From positions 383,418 to 407,417 of the forward strand of contig NZ_JBBCAT010000001.1 in the NCBI RefSeq assembly GCF_037203705.1: 24,000 nt of DNA, read 5' to 3'. The position numbers and the translations under genes are program-made. The number at the start of each line of letters is the position of its first letter. Position 1 is the first letter of the stretch. Positions 8,476 to 15,985 of this stretch are shown one piece after another. The DNA comes from Prosthecomicrobium sp. N25 (lineage in GTDB: Bacteria; Pseudomonadota; Alphaproteobacteria; Rhizobiales; Ancalomicrobiaceae). The notes beneath the pieces are model-generated. The model was not told the DNA's origin. It worked only from the letters and a program-made list of their open reading frames with translations, and made no database searches.

Positions 8476-9783
8476 TCAGGGCTTGACCAGGAGCAGCGGC
8501 TGACCGCCCTCCTTGGCCGCCTTGGCGTAGCTGCCGTCCTCCTGCGGGACGAAGGAGAGCGAAGCGCCGGTGGCACCGAGGAGGACCAGCTCGTTCCCCT
8601 GCCGGGCCCAGCCGCTGAGCTGCAGGCGGGTCACCGCTTGCGCGCAGCCGGGCGAGAGGGTCAGGGCCGAGGCGCCGGGCCGGGCCGGCGAGGCGCCCTC
8701 GTGGAGGCTCGCGCGGCACAGCACCTCGCCGGTCGGCCGCTTCATCACCCAGCGCGCCACCACCTTGCCGGCAGCCGCGGGTGCCTGTGCGGCGGGTGCT
8801 CCGGGCGCGGGCCCGACGCCCGCGGGCGCGGACGGCTGGAGGGACGGCGTGGCCGGCGCAGCGAAGGCCTGGACCGTGGCGGGCATGGCGGGCCCTGCCG
8901 CCGGGCCGACCCCGGGGGCCGCCGGCACGGCCGGCGAGAGCGGCGACGGGGATGCCGTCCCGGCACCCGGCACCGGCGCGGGAACCAGCGCGAGCGGAGC
9001 GTTGGCGGGAGGAACCGCGGCGGCCACCACCGGCGGCGGTTTCGGAACCGCAGGCTTGCGCGCCGGGATCGGGAATGCCACCGGGGCGGGGCGGGGGGCC
9101 TCCGGCGCCGCGGCAGGCTCCGGCTCGGCGCCGGGAAGATCGAGCGCCGCCACGACGGGCGGGCCGGGCGGCCGCGGCGGCACCCCCCGGGAGGGCAGCG
9201 CGGCGGCCTCCGGCGCCCCGGGAGGGGGCTCGGGCGCGGCGGCCGCGGCAATCGAACGGCCTTCGCCGCGCGCGGGAGTCCCGGCCGTGGCCGCGGCCCC
9301 CTTCGGCGCCGGCGAGGCCGTCTGCGTCGCGGTCGCCGGCTGACCCGGGCCCGCCGGCGGCGCCGGCACGGCGGCGGCCTGGGGTGCGGGAGCCGGCGTG
9401 GCCGGCTTCATCACCAGCGCGCGGCCCGGCGCCTCGTCTTCCCGGAAGATCGAATTCTCGAGCTTGGCAAGGGTGACGATGCGGTTCTGGCTCGCGTCGC
9501 GCAGGACGATCCGGCCGCTCTCGTCGAGCTCCCAGTGCGAGGCGCGGGACATGAGGGCGACCTCGCCCCGACAGCCTCCGGAGGTAACCTTCGCCGTGCC
9601 GTTCGCTTCGATGGAGAGATTGAGCACGCAGCCCGGACCGCCGGACTCCGGCGCGATCAGCCAGCGTCCCCGGGCCTCTTCCCGGGCGTCGGTCTCGACG
9701 GCGCACGACGGACTGGCCGCGGCGGCGAGGAACGTGAAACCTGCCGCGATGACGCCGAGTTTCCGATGAGATGCGCGATCCAT
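8476..9783 (-). CDS. Secreted protein with two AprI/Inh/Omp19-type metalloprotease-inhibitor-like domains joined by a ~213-aa Pro/Ala-rich linker
   Basis: I chose the start at ATG 9783 (MDRASHRKLGVIAAGFTFLAAAASPSC.., signal-peptide-like, GGAGAT upstream) rather than the track start at 9906. Both the N-terminal domain (aa ~35-125) and the C-terminal domain (last 97 aa) show the Inh pattern: W..x..C..L....C......W.L.....L.L.D..G, each with a Cys pair. Confidence 0.75.
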   Translation of the reverse strand: MDRASHRKLGVIAAGFTFLAAAASPSCAVETDAREEARGRWLIAPESGGPGCVLNLSIEANGTAKVTSGGCRGEVALMSRASHWELDESGRIVLRDASQNRIVTLAKLENSIFREDEAPGRALVMKPATPAPAPQAAAVPAPPAGPGQPATATQTASPAPKGAAATAGTPARGEGRSIAAAAAPEPPPGAPEAAALPSRGVPPRPPGPPVVAALDLPGAEPEPAAAPEAPRPAPVAFPIPARKPAVPKPPPVVAAAVPPANAPLALVPAPVPGAGTASPSPLSPAVPAAPGVGPAAGPAMPATVQAFAAPATPSLQPSAPAGVGPAPGAPAAQAPAAAGKVVARWVMKRPTGEVLCRASLHEGASPARPGASALTLSPGCAQAVTRLQLSGWARQGNELVLLGATGASLSFVPQEDGSYAKAAKEGGQPLLLVKP

Positions 9784-10013
9784 CCTGGATCTCCGATCGA
9801 GTTCCCGCATGCGTCGCCGGCCCCCATCGCCGACGTCACCCCCAATATCGTGCTCCCCGCTTAACGGTTCGTCTGGTGCGCGGATGGAAAGTTGCGGACC
9901 GGACACGGCGCTTTACATGACCCCGCGCGCCGTCGAGGGCAAGCCGCATGACCTGCCGTCGCTGCGATCGGGAGGGGATCGTGACTTTTCCGCCGCGCTC
10001 CGGCGGGCGGCCG

Positions 10014-11603
10014 TCAGCCGAACAGCACGTGCAGCGCGAGGATCACGAGCGCACCCGCCCCGATCCAGAGCGGCACGTGCCCCCGGCGGTTCTCCCGCGC
10101 CTCGGCGCGCGCCAGGGCCCGGACGGTGTCGTCGTCCAGCCGGAGGCCGTGGCGCGCCATGTCGGCGAAGCCGGCCGCAATCGCTTCCGCCCGTCCGGCG
10201 AGCTTCGGCAGGTTCATCAGGGCGCCGCCGACCGCCCCCGCGCTCGCCGCCGCCTCGCCGAGCTTCGCGGCGGGCCCGAGATTCCGCTCGATCCAGTCCC
10301 GCACCACCGGTTCCGAGGTGGTCCAGATGTCGAGGTCCGGGTCGAGCGTGCGCGCCACGCCCTCCACCACCACCATGGTCTTCTGCAGGAGGATCAGCCG
10401 GGGCTGGGTCTTCATGTCGAAGACCTCGGTATACTCGAAGAGCTGGTTGAGCAGGTGCGCCATCGAGATCTCGCGCGCCGGGCGGTCGCGCAGCGGCTCG
10501 CCGATCGCCCTGAGCGCCTGGGCGAAGACTTCGACCTCCTGGCCCTCGGGCACGTAGCCCGCCTCGAAGTGGACCTCCGCGGTCCGAAGATAATCGCGCC
10601 GGATGAAGCCGAACAGGATCTCGGCGAGGAAGCGGCGCTCCGCCTCGTTGAGCCGCCCCATGATGCCGAAATCGACCGCCACCAGGGTGCCGTCCGGGTC
10701 GACGAACAGGTTGCCCTGGTGCATGTCCGCATGGAAGAAGCCGTCTCGCATGGCATGGCGCAGGAACGACTGGATGACCACCCGCGACAGCGCCACGAGG
10801 TCGATCCCCTGTGCCTCGAGCGCCGCCAGGTTCGCCACCTTGGTGCCGTCGATCCACGCCATGGTGAGGACCTGCTTGGCGGTCCGCTCCCAGTCCACCG
10901 CCGGCACGCGGAACGCCGGGTCCCCGCGGGTGTTCTCGGCCATCTCGGAGAGCGCCGCCGCCTCGAGCCGGAGGTCCATCTCCAGCCGGACCGACCGCGC
11001 CAGCGTGTCGGCCACGGCGAGCGGGCGCAGCCGCCGCGTCCAGGGCACCAGCCGCTCGATCAGGCGGGCCGCCAGGTAGAAGCTGTCCAAGTCCCGTCGG
11101 AACCGCGCCTCGACACCCGGCCGCAGCACCTTGACGGCGACGTCGCGCAGTTCGCCGTCGCGGTCGCGGACCGTCGCCTTGTGAACCTGTGCGATGGAGG
11201 CCGCGGCGACCGGCGGCCCGAGCTCGACGAACACTTCCTCGAGCGGCCGCTGCAGGGCACGCTCGATCGACGCCTTGGCGTCCTCGAGCGGGAAGGAGGC
11301 CAGGCGGTCCTGCAGGGCCTCCAGGTCGCGCGCCATGGCGCGGCCGACCACGTCCGGGCGCGTCGCCAGGAACTGTCCGAGCTTGACGTAGGAGGGGCCG
11401 AGCCGGTTCAGCGCCTCCGAGACCCGGTCGCCGCGGTCGACCTCGCCGAGCCCGCGACGTTCGACGAGCGAGGCGAGCGCCAGCAGCACCCGTCCGGCCG
11501 GCGGCGGGTCGGGCGGCGCCATGGCGCGCAGCACGCCCTCCCGCGCCAGCACGAAGCCGGCGCGCAGGAGCCTCAGCGTCGGTCCGACGATGCCCCCCGG
11601 CAT
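10014..11603 (-). CDS. ubiB: Ubiquinone biosynthesis regulatory protein kinase UbiB (ABC1/ADCK family)
   Basis: The ABC1 kinase-like core is present (LGPSYVKLGQFLATRPD, AAASIAQVHKA, FFHADMHQGNLFV, VAVDFG), along with a C-terminal TM segment. Its ATG overlaps the ubiE stop (TGATG at 11601-11605). Confidence 0.93.
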   Translation of the reverse strand: MPGGIVGPTLRLLRAGFVLAREGVLRAMAPPDPPPAGRVLLALASLVERRGLGEVDRGDRVSEALNRLGPSYVKLGQFLATRPDVVGRAMARDLEALQDRLASFPLEDAKASIERALQRPLEEVFVELGPPVAAASIAQVHKATVRDRDGELRDVAVKVLRPGVEARFRRDLDSFYLAARLIERLVPWTRRLRPLAVADTLARSVRLEMDLRLEAAALSEMAENTRGDPAFRVPAVDWERTAKQVLTMAWIDGTKVANLAALEAQGIDLVALSRVVIQSFLRHAMRDGFFHADMHQGNLFVDPDGTLVAVDFGIMGRLNEAERRFLAEILFGFIRRDYLRTAEVHFEAGYVPEGQEVEVFAQALRAIGEPLRDRPAREISMAHLLNQLFEYTEVFDMKTQPRLILLQKTMVVVEGVARTLDPDLDIWTTSEPVVRDWIERNLGPAAKLGEAAASAGAVGGALMNLPKLAGRAEAIAAGFADMARHGLRLDDDTVRALARAEARENRRGHVPLWIGAGALVILALHVLFG

Positions 11604-12433
11604 CAGATCTTCCAGCCTCCGTGGATCGCCGCGATGCCGCCGGTGAGATTGGTGTAGTCCACGCGGGCGAAGCCGGCCTCCCGGATCATCTGCGCGAAGC
11701 GCTCCTGGGTCGGGAACTTGGCGATGGATTCGACGAGATAGCGGTAGGGGTCGTCGTCCCCGGCGATGATCCGGCCCATGAGGGGGATCACGCGGAACGA
11801 ATAGGCCTCGTAGATCCGGTCGAGCAGAGGAACGTCCACCGCCGAGAATTCCAGGCAGAGGAACCGCCCGCCCGGCCGCAGCACCCGGTACGCCTCGGCG
11901 AGCGCCTTTTCGATCCGCGGCACGTTCCGGATGCCGAACGCGATCGTGTAGGCGTCGAAGCGGCCGCTCTCGAAGGGCAGGTCCTCCGCGTTCGCCTCCA
12001 CGAAGTCGATCCGGTCACCGAAGGGCCGCGTCCCGGCCCTCTTGCGGCCGACCTCCAGCATGGAGCCGTTGATGTCCGCGACCGTCACCCGGGCGTGGCC
12101 GTCGGCCCGCTCGGCGATGCGGAACGCGATGTCGCCCGTCCCGCCCGCCACGTCCAGCACCGAGAAGGGCCGGCGGCCGCCGCGCGGCGGCGCGAGACGC
12201 GACACCATGGCGTCCTTCCACAGCCGGTGCAGGCCGCCCGACATGGCGTCGTTCATCACGTCGTAGCGGTCCGCGACCTTGTGGAAGACGTCGTCCACCA
12301 TCTCCTGCTTGGCCCCGAGCGGCACCTCGCGGAAGCCGAAGCTCGCTGTCCGGCCCGCCTCGTTGCCCCCTACGGCCCCGATGGGAAGGGCTTCGGGGGT
12401 GGCGTTCGGCTCGGCGGATCGGTTCAGCGCCAT
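11603..12433 (-). CDS. ubiE: Demethylmenaquinone/ubiquinone C-methyltransferase UbiE
   Basis: Motifs are the SAM-binding [10 protein letters not shown], then YD.MND.MS.G.HR.WK and FGIRNV. I trimmed the start to ATG 12433 (MALNRS..), preceded by CAGGAGAC. The track ORF continues upstream to 12922 through non-protein-like sequence. Confidence 0.92.
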   Translation of the reverse strand: MALNRSAEPNATPEALPIGAVGGNEAGRTASFGFREVPLGAKQEMVDDVFHKVADRYDVMNDAMSGGLHRLWKDAMVSRLAPPRGGRRPFSVLDVAGGTGDIAFRIAERADGHARVTVADINGSMLEVGRKRAGTRPFGDRIDFVEANAEDLPFESGRFDAYTIAFGIRNVPRIEKALAEAYRVLRPGGRFLCLEFSAVDVPLLDRIYEAYSFRVIPLMGRIIAGDDDPYRYLVESIAKFPTQERFAQMIREAGFARVDYTNLTGGIAAIHGGWKI

Positions 12434-12482
12434 GGCGGTCTCCTGGAGTCGGCCGGGACCATAACGGAAGCCGCCGTGCGAT

Positions 12483-12498
12483 GCCATCGGCCGATGGC
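12483..12498. promoter_or_regulatory. Perfect 16-bp palindrome GCCATCGGCCGATGGC in the ubiE/mutM divergent intergenic region; candidate operator
   Basis: Two 8-bp arms with no spacer, centred in the 133-bp gap between the ubiE start (12433, -) and the mutM start (12567, +). Confidence 0.25.
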
Positions 12499-12566
12499 GG
12501 GTGGACGGCGCGCCGCTTTCGCCCCTAGATGCGGCCCTGAACCCGCCGTTGCGCCCGAGCCCGCCC

Positions 12567-13451
12567 ATGCCCGAACTGCCCGAAGTCGAGACCGTCCGCC
12601 GGGGCCTCGCGCCCGTCATGGAGGGCGCGCGCTTCGTGTCCGTCGAGTGCCGACGCCCCGACCTGCGCTTTCCCCTGCCGGAACGCTTCGCCGAGCGGCT
12701 GGCCGGCCGGACCGTCGCGTCGCTCTCCCGGCGGGCCAAGTATCTGCTCGCCGACCTCGACGACGGCGCCGTCCTGATCATGCATCTCGGCATGTCCGGC
12801 TCCTTCCGCATCGCCCTGCCGGACGAGCCCGTGGCGACGCCGGGCGAGTTCCATCGGGAGCGCTCCAAGGACGCCCGCCACGACCATGTGGTCTTCCGGC
12901 TCTCGACCGGCGCCACCGTCACCTACAACGACCCCCGTCGCTTCGGCTTCATGACCCTGTCCGAGCGGGCCACCCTCGCTGAGCATCCGCTGATCCGCGG
13001 CATCGGCCTGGAGCCGCTCGGCAACGAGCTGACCGGCGAGGCGGTCGCGCGCCTCTTCGCCGGCAAGGCCGCACCCCTCAAGGCGGCGCTGATGGACCAG
13101 GGCCTGATCGCCGGCCTCGGCAACATCTACGTCTGCGAGGCCCTCTGGCGGGCGCGCCTGTCGCCGACCCGGGCGGCCGGCACCGTGGCGACCCCCAAGG
13201 GCCGGCCGAAGGCGGCGGCCCGCGACCTCGCCGACGCGATCCGCGCCGTCCTGACCGACGCGATCGCGGCCGGCGGTTCCTCGCTGCGCGACTACGTCAA
13301 CGCCGAGGGCGGCCTCGGCTACTTCCAGCACGCCTTCTCGGTCTACGATCGTGAGGGCGAGCCCTGCCCGCGGCCGTCCTGCGCCGGCGTGGTCGCCCGC
13401 CTGGTCCAGTCGAACCGCTCCACCTTCTATTGTCCGGTCTGCCAGCGCTGA
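12567..13451 (+). CDS. mutM: Formamidopyrimidine-DNA glycosylase (Fpg/MutM)
   Basis: It has the canonical N-terminus [14 protein letters not shown] (catalytic Pro2/Glu3), an H2TH region, and a C-terminal zinc finger CPRPSC..x..CPVCQ. The start is at ATG 12567, not the track start at 12501. Confidence 0.95.
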   Translation: MPELPEVETVRRGLAPVMEGARFVSVECRRPDLRFPLPERFAERLAGRTVASLSRRAKYLLADLDDGAVLIMHLGMSGSFRIALPDEPVATPGEFHRERSKDARHDHVVFRLSTGATVTYNDPRRFGFMTLSERATLAEHPLIRGIGLEPLGNELTGEAVARLFAGKAAPLKAALMDQGLIAGLGNIYVCEALWRARLSPTRAAGTVATPKGRPKAAARDLADAIRAVLTDAIAAGGSSLRDYVNAEGGLGYFQHAFSVYDREGEPCPRPSCAGVVARLVQSNRSTFYCPVCQR

Positions 13452-13555
13452 CGCGGACCGGCCCCTCGTCCATGTTGAATCCGCCCGTCCCCTCCGGTAG
13501 CGGTCGAGGCTTGAGCGGCCCGCCGGGCGGGCCGGCGAGCGAGAAGGGGACACCG

Positions 13556-14329
13556 ATGGCCTACGAGAACATCATCGTCGACCGTGAGGGGCGGGTCGGC
13601 ATCGTGACCCTGAACCGGCCGAAGGCGCTGAACGCCCTGAACTCCGCCCTGATCCGCGAGCTGAACGCGGCGCTCGACGCCTTCGAGGCCGATCCGGAGA
13701 TCGGCGCCGTCCTGCTGACCGGCTCCGAGAAGGCCTTCGCGGCCGGTGCCGACATCAAGGAGATGGCGACGCTCCAGTACCCCGCCACCTACGTGGACGA
13801 TTTCATCACCGCCTGGGACCGGGTCTCCCGCTTCCGCAAGCCGATCCTGGCCGCGGTCGCCGGCTACGCGCTCGGCGGCGGCTGCGAGCTCGCCATGATG
13901 TGCGACTTCATCATCGCGGCCGACAACGCCCAGTTCGGCCAGCCGGAGATCAAGCTCGGCGTCATGCCGGGCGCCGGCGGCACCCAGCGCCTCGCCCACG
14001 CGGTCGGCAAGGCCAAGGCCATGGACCTGTGCCTGACCGGCCGCATGATGGGCGCCGAGGAGGCCGAGCGCGCCGGCCTCGTCGCCCGCGTGGTGCCGCT
14101 CGCCGACCTGGCCGCGACGGCCCTGAAGGCGGCGACCGACATCGCCGGCTACTCCCTGCCGGCCGCCATGATGGCCAAGGAGGCGGTCAACCGGGCCATG
14201 GAGACGACGCTCGCCGAGGGTCTGCGCTTCGAGCGCCGGGTGTTCCACGCCATGTTCGCCACCGCCGACCAGAAGGAGGGCATGGCCGCCTTCGCCGAGA
14301 AGCGCCCGCCGAAGTTCGGGCACCGCTGA
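13556..14329 (+). CDS. Enoyl-CoA hydratase (crotonase family)
   Basis: A 257-aa protein with the crotonase signature ..[19 protein letters not shown].., plus NRPKALNAL and ..F.EKR.P.F. The start ATG at 13556 is preceded by GAGAAGGGGA. Confidence 0.92.
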   Translation: MAYENIIVDREGRVGIVTLNRPKALNALNSALIRELNAALDAFEADPEIGAVLLTGSEKAFAAGADIKEMATLQYPATYVDDFITAWDRVSRFRKPILAAVAGYALGGGCELAMMCDFIIAADNAQFGQPEIKLGVMPGAGGTQRLAHAVGKAKAMDLCLTGRMMGAEEAERAGLVARVVPLADLAATALKAATDIAGYSLPAAMMAKEAVNRAMETTLAEGLRFERRVFHAMFATADQKEGMAAFAEKRPPKFGHR

Positions 14330-14393
14330 CCGGCACCGGACGCCCGCGGGCTCCGCGCGTCGTCGAAGGTGTGCCGCCTTCGGCTTTCCGCCG

Positions 14394-14421
14394 TTGACGC
14401 CCCGCCGGGACGTGGCTATAA
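14394..14421 (+). promoter_or_regulatory. Candidate sigma70-type promoter for rpsT (TTGACG-N16-CTATAA)
   Basis: The -35 TTGACG is at 14394-14399 and the -10 CTATAA at 14416-14421. This matches the alphaproteobacterial housekeeping consensus (CTTGAC-N16/17-CTATAT) and implies a leader of about 130 nt before the rpsT ATG. Confidence 0.5.
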
Positions 14422-14559
14422 GCACCGCCTGACCGGTGGCGGCCCGTCCGCCGCCGCTTTCGTTTGAACGGTCTCCGGCGCGTCCGGCCCGGCGGGAGTC
14501 GATCCCGTGCGGCGGCAGAGGCGGACGACCGGAGGTTCGGATCCAGGAAAGGCTCGTCC

Positions 14560-14826
14560 ATGGCCAATACGCCGTCCGCCAAGAAGGCGGCCCGCAAGAT
14601 CGCGCGTCGGACCGCGGTCAACAAGAACCGCCGCAGCCGCGTGCGGACCTACGTGCGCAAGGTCGAGGAGGCGATCGCCTCGGGCGACGCAGCGGCGGCC
14701 GCCGCTGCCCTGAAGGCCGCCCAGCCGGAGCTGCAGCGTGCCGCCTCCAAGGGCGTCATGCACCGGAACACCGCGTCCCGGAAGATCTCCCGCCTCGCTC
14801 AGAGGTTGAAGGGTCTCGGAGCCTGA
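14560..14826 (+). CDS. rpsT: 30S ribosomal protein S20
   Basis: An 88-aa basic protein, [31 protein letters not shown].. [12 protein letters not shown]. The start ATG at 14560 is preceded by AGGAAAGG. The track ORF start at 14464 is upstream non-coding read-through. Confidence 0.95.
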   Translation: MANTPSAKKAARKIARRTAVNKNRRSRVRTYVRKVEEAIASGDAAAAAAALKAAQPELQRAASKGVMHRNTASRKISRLAQRLKGLGA

Positions 14827-14890
14827 CGGTTCCGTTACGACGGCGCGAAGGGTCCGCCATCCGGGCCTGAAGCGCCCCGAACCAGCTCCA

Positions 14891-14921
14891 AGCCCGGGTC
14901 TCGCACCCGGGCTTTTTGTTT
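14891..14921 (+). terminator. Rho-independent terminator of rpsT
   Basis: A perfect 9-bp stem agcccgggt/acccgggct with loop ctcgc, followed by TTTTGTTT. It lies 65 nt after the rpsT stop. Confidence 0.85.
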
Positions 14922-15985
14922 GCCGCGAAACCGGTGCGAAGGCCTCTTGGCAAGAATCCCGTAGCCTCGCGAAGGCCTCCGGCATGACAGGAATTCTTGA
15001 ACCCGTTCAAGCGCTTGACGACATGTCCGGAACCCCCCTTCGGAATCGCCGGCATGACCGGGAGTCAAGGGGGAGCGCTTCATTTTTTTTCGTCGGCGAA
15101 GGGCCGACGCGCGAAACGAACGACCCTCTCGGGGAACCCCGTTGAGTCCGAAGGACTTGACGAACGGGGGCGAAGAACGCCTGCCATCCAGGGTGGGTCG
15201 TTCCGGCAACACTCCGTCCGACCGGCCCCCGATCGGAGTTGCAGGCCCCAAACCGCCTGTGTAAAGTTCAGGCCATGGAAGGCGACGCCTTCCGAAGTCA
15301 GCCGCGAATGAGTAGCTAGCAGGGGCTCCTGGAGAGCAATGGTCATGTTGTGCCAATCAAATGGTGCTCGTGATGATCTGTCGAGGGTGCATGATGCAGT
15401 ATCTGCTCTAGGCGTGACTAGGGGTACGCAGCAGTTCGTCTTGTTCGCGTAACAGAATTCATAAAAAAGACTATCGGCAGCGAGCGGACAGAAGTCCGTC
15501 GTCGGGGGCATTGATGTCGACATCGAGAGGCAGCGCCTGTGCGGGCCATGAAGGTCCCGCAAAGGCCAGGATAGTTTTGTCCGCCGGCGGCCCATGGGGT
15601 CCGGCGGACGGGCGGACGACACCCGTTCGGAGCCGCCGCGGCCCTGCCGCCGGTCGGCCGCCCGCCGAGCGCCGCGGTGCGCTGACCCGCCCGGGAGGGC
15701 GATCACGAAGGGAACCCGGATCTGGCATGGCATTGTGGGATGCCGACCGGTTTTCGTGGGGCGGATGCTCGTCCCGTAACCGGGCGCCGCTGGCAGTCCG
15801 GCGCACCGGATGATCGGGCGAAACTGAAAAATTCGGCGATGGATGACCGCCCGGCCTCAGTGACGGCCGAGGGTTCCCCCTTGCCATGTGTTCGCGTCGG
15901 AACGCGCCGCGTAGTCGAGATGGAATGCCGGGACGACGACTTTGGCGGGTCGTCCGGACGGCGAGAGGCAGGAGGCACGGAAACG
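14922..15985. other. Long ORF-poor spacer between the rpsT terminator and dnaA; presumed dnaA promoter/leader region, with content that remains unexplained (see findings)
   Basis: No ORF here has a protein-like translation. The track ORFs 14835..15356(-), 14997..15311(+), 15080..15733(-), 15471..15887(-) and 15511..15813(+) are all Arg/Pro/Gly/Ser-rich without motifs. The composition is heterogeneous. Confidence 0.6.

Noticed and set aside
8770-9408. Repetitive GC-rich DNA that might suggest a repeat array or CRISPR-like structure (also at 2950-3200)
   Set aside because: There are no regularly spaced identical repeats with unique spacers. The periodicity is codon-level Pro/Ala low complexity inside reading frames continuous with recognisable protein domains.
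9948-12982. Plus-strand ORFs 9948..11657 (569 aa) and 11621..12982 (453 aa), antisense to ubiB and ubiE; likewise 12525..13553(-), 13427..14425(-), 20540..22006(+), 21438..22778(-), 1311..2942(+), 8117..9706(-) and 8389..9864(+)
   Set aside because: All overlap confidently identified genes in another frame or strand. All have the Arg/Gly/Pro/Ala-dominated composition typical of non-coding frames in high-GC DNA.
14533-14544. tRNA T-arm-like sequence GGTTCGGATCC
   Set aside because: No acceptor, D or anticodon arms can be built around it. It lies inside the rpsT leader hairpin, 16 nt upstream of the start codon.
15083-15109. T8 run plus hairpin cgtcggc-gaagg-gccgacg as an intrinsic terminator
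   Set aside because: The T-run precedes the hairpin on the plus strand, so on the minus strand the hairpin is followed by A8. Neither orientation gives the hairpin-then-U-tract arrangement of a terminator. It is kept only as part of the unexplained spacer content.
14922-15985. Chromosomal replication origin (oriC) in the spacer upstream of dnaA
   Set aside because: I scanned both strands for TTATCCACA/TGTGGATAA-like DnaA boxes. Nothing was better than 3 mismatches (for example ctatcggca at 15471 and tgtgtaaag at 15258). There are no clustered boxes and no CtrA TTAA-N7-TTAA sites. In alphaproteobacteria oriC is usually near hemE/parAB rather than adjacent to dnaA. The low-GC island alone is not sufficient evidence.
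15740-15985. N-terminal extension of DnaA, from the track start at 15740 or the internal ATGs at 15839 and 15920
   Set aside because: The extra residues ([21 protein letters not shown]..) are not protein-like. The conserved DnaA domain I begins right after ATG 15986, which also has a GGAGG upstream. Some uncertainty about the start remains.
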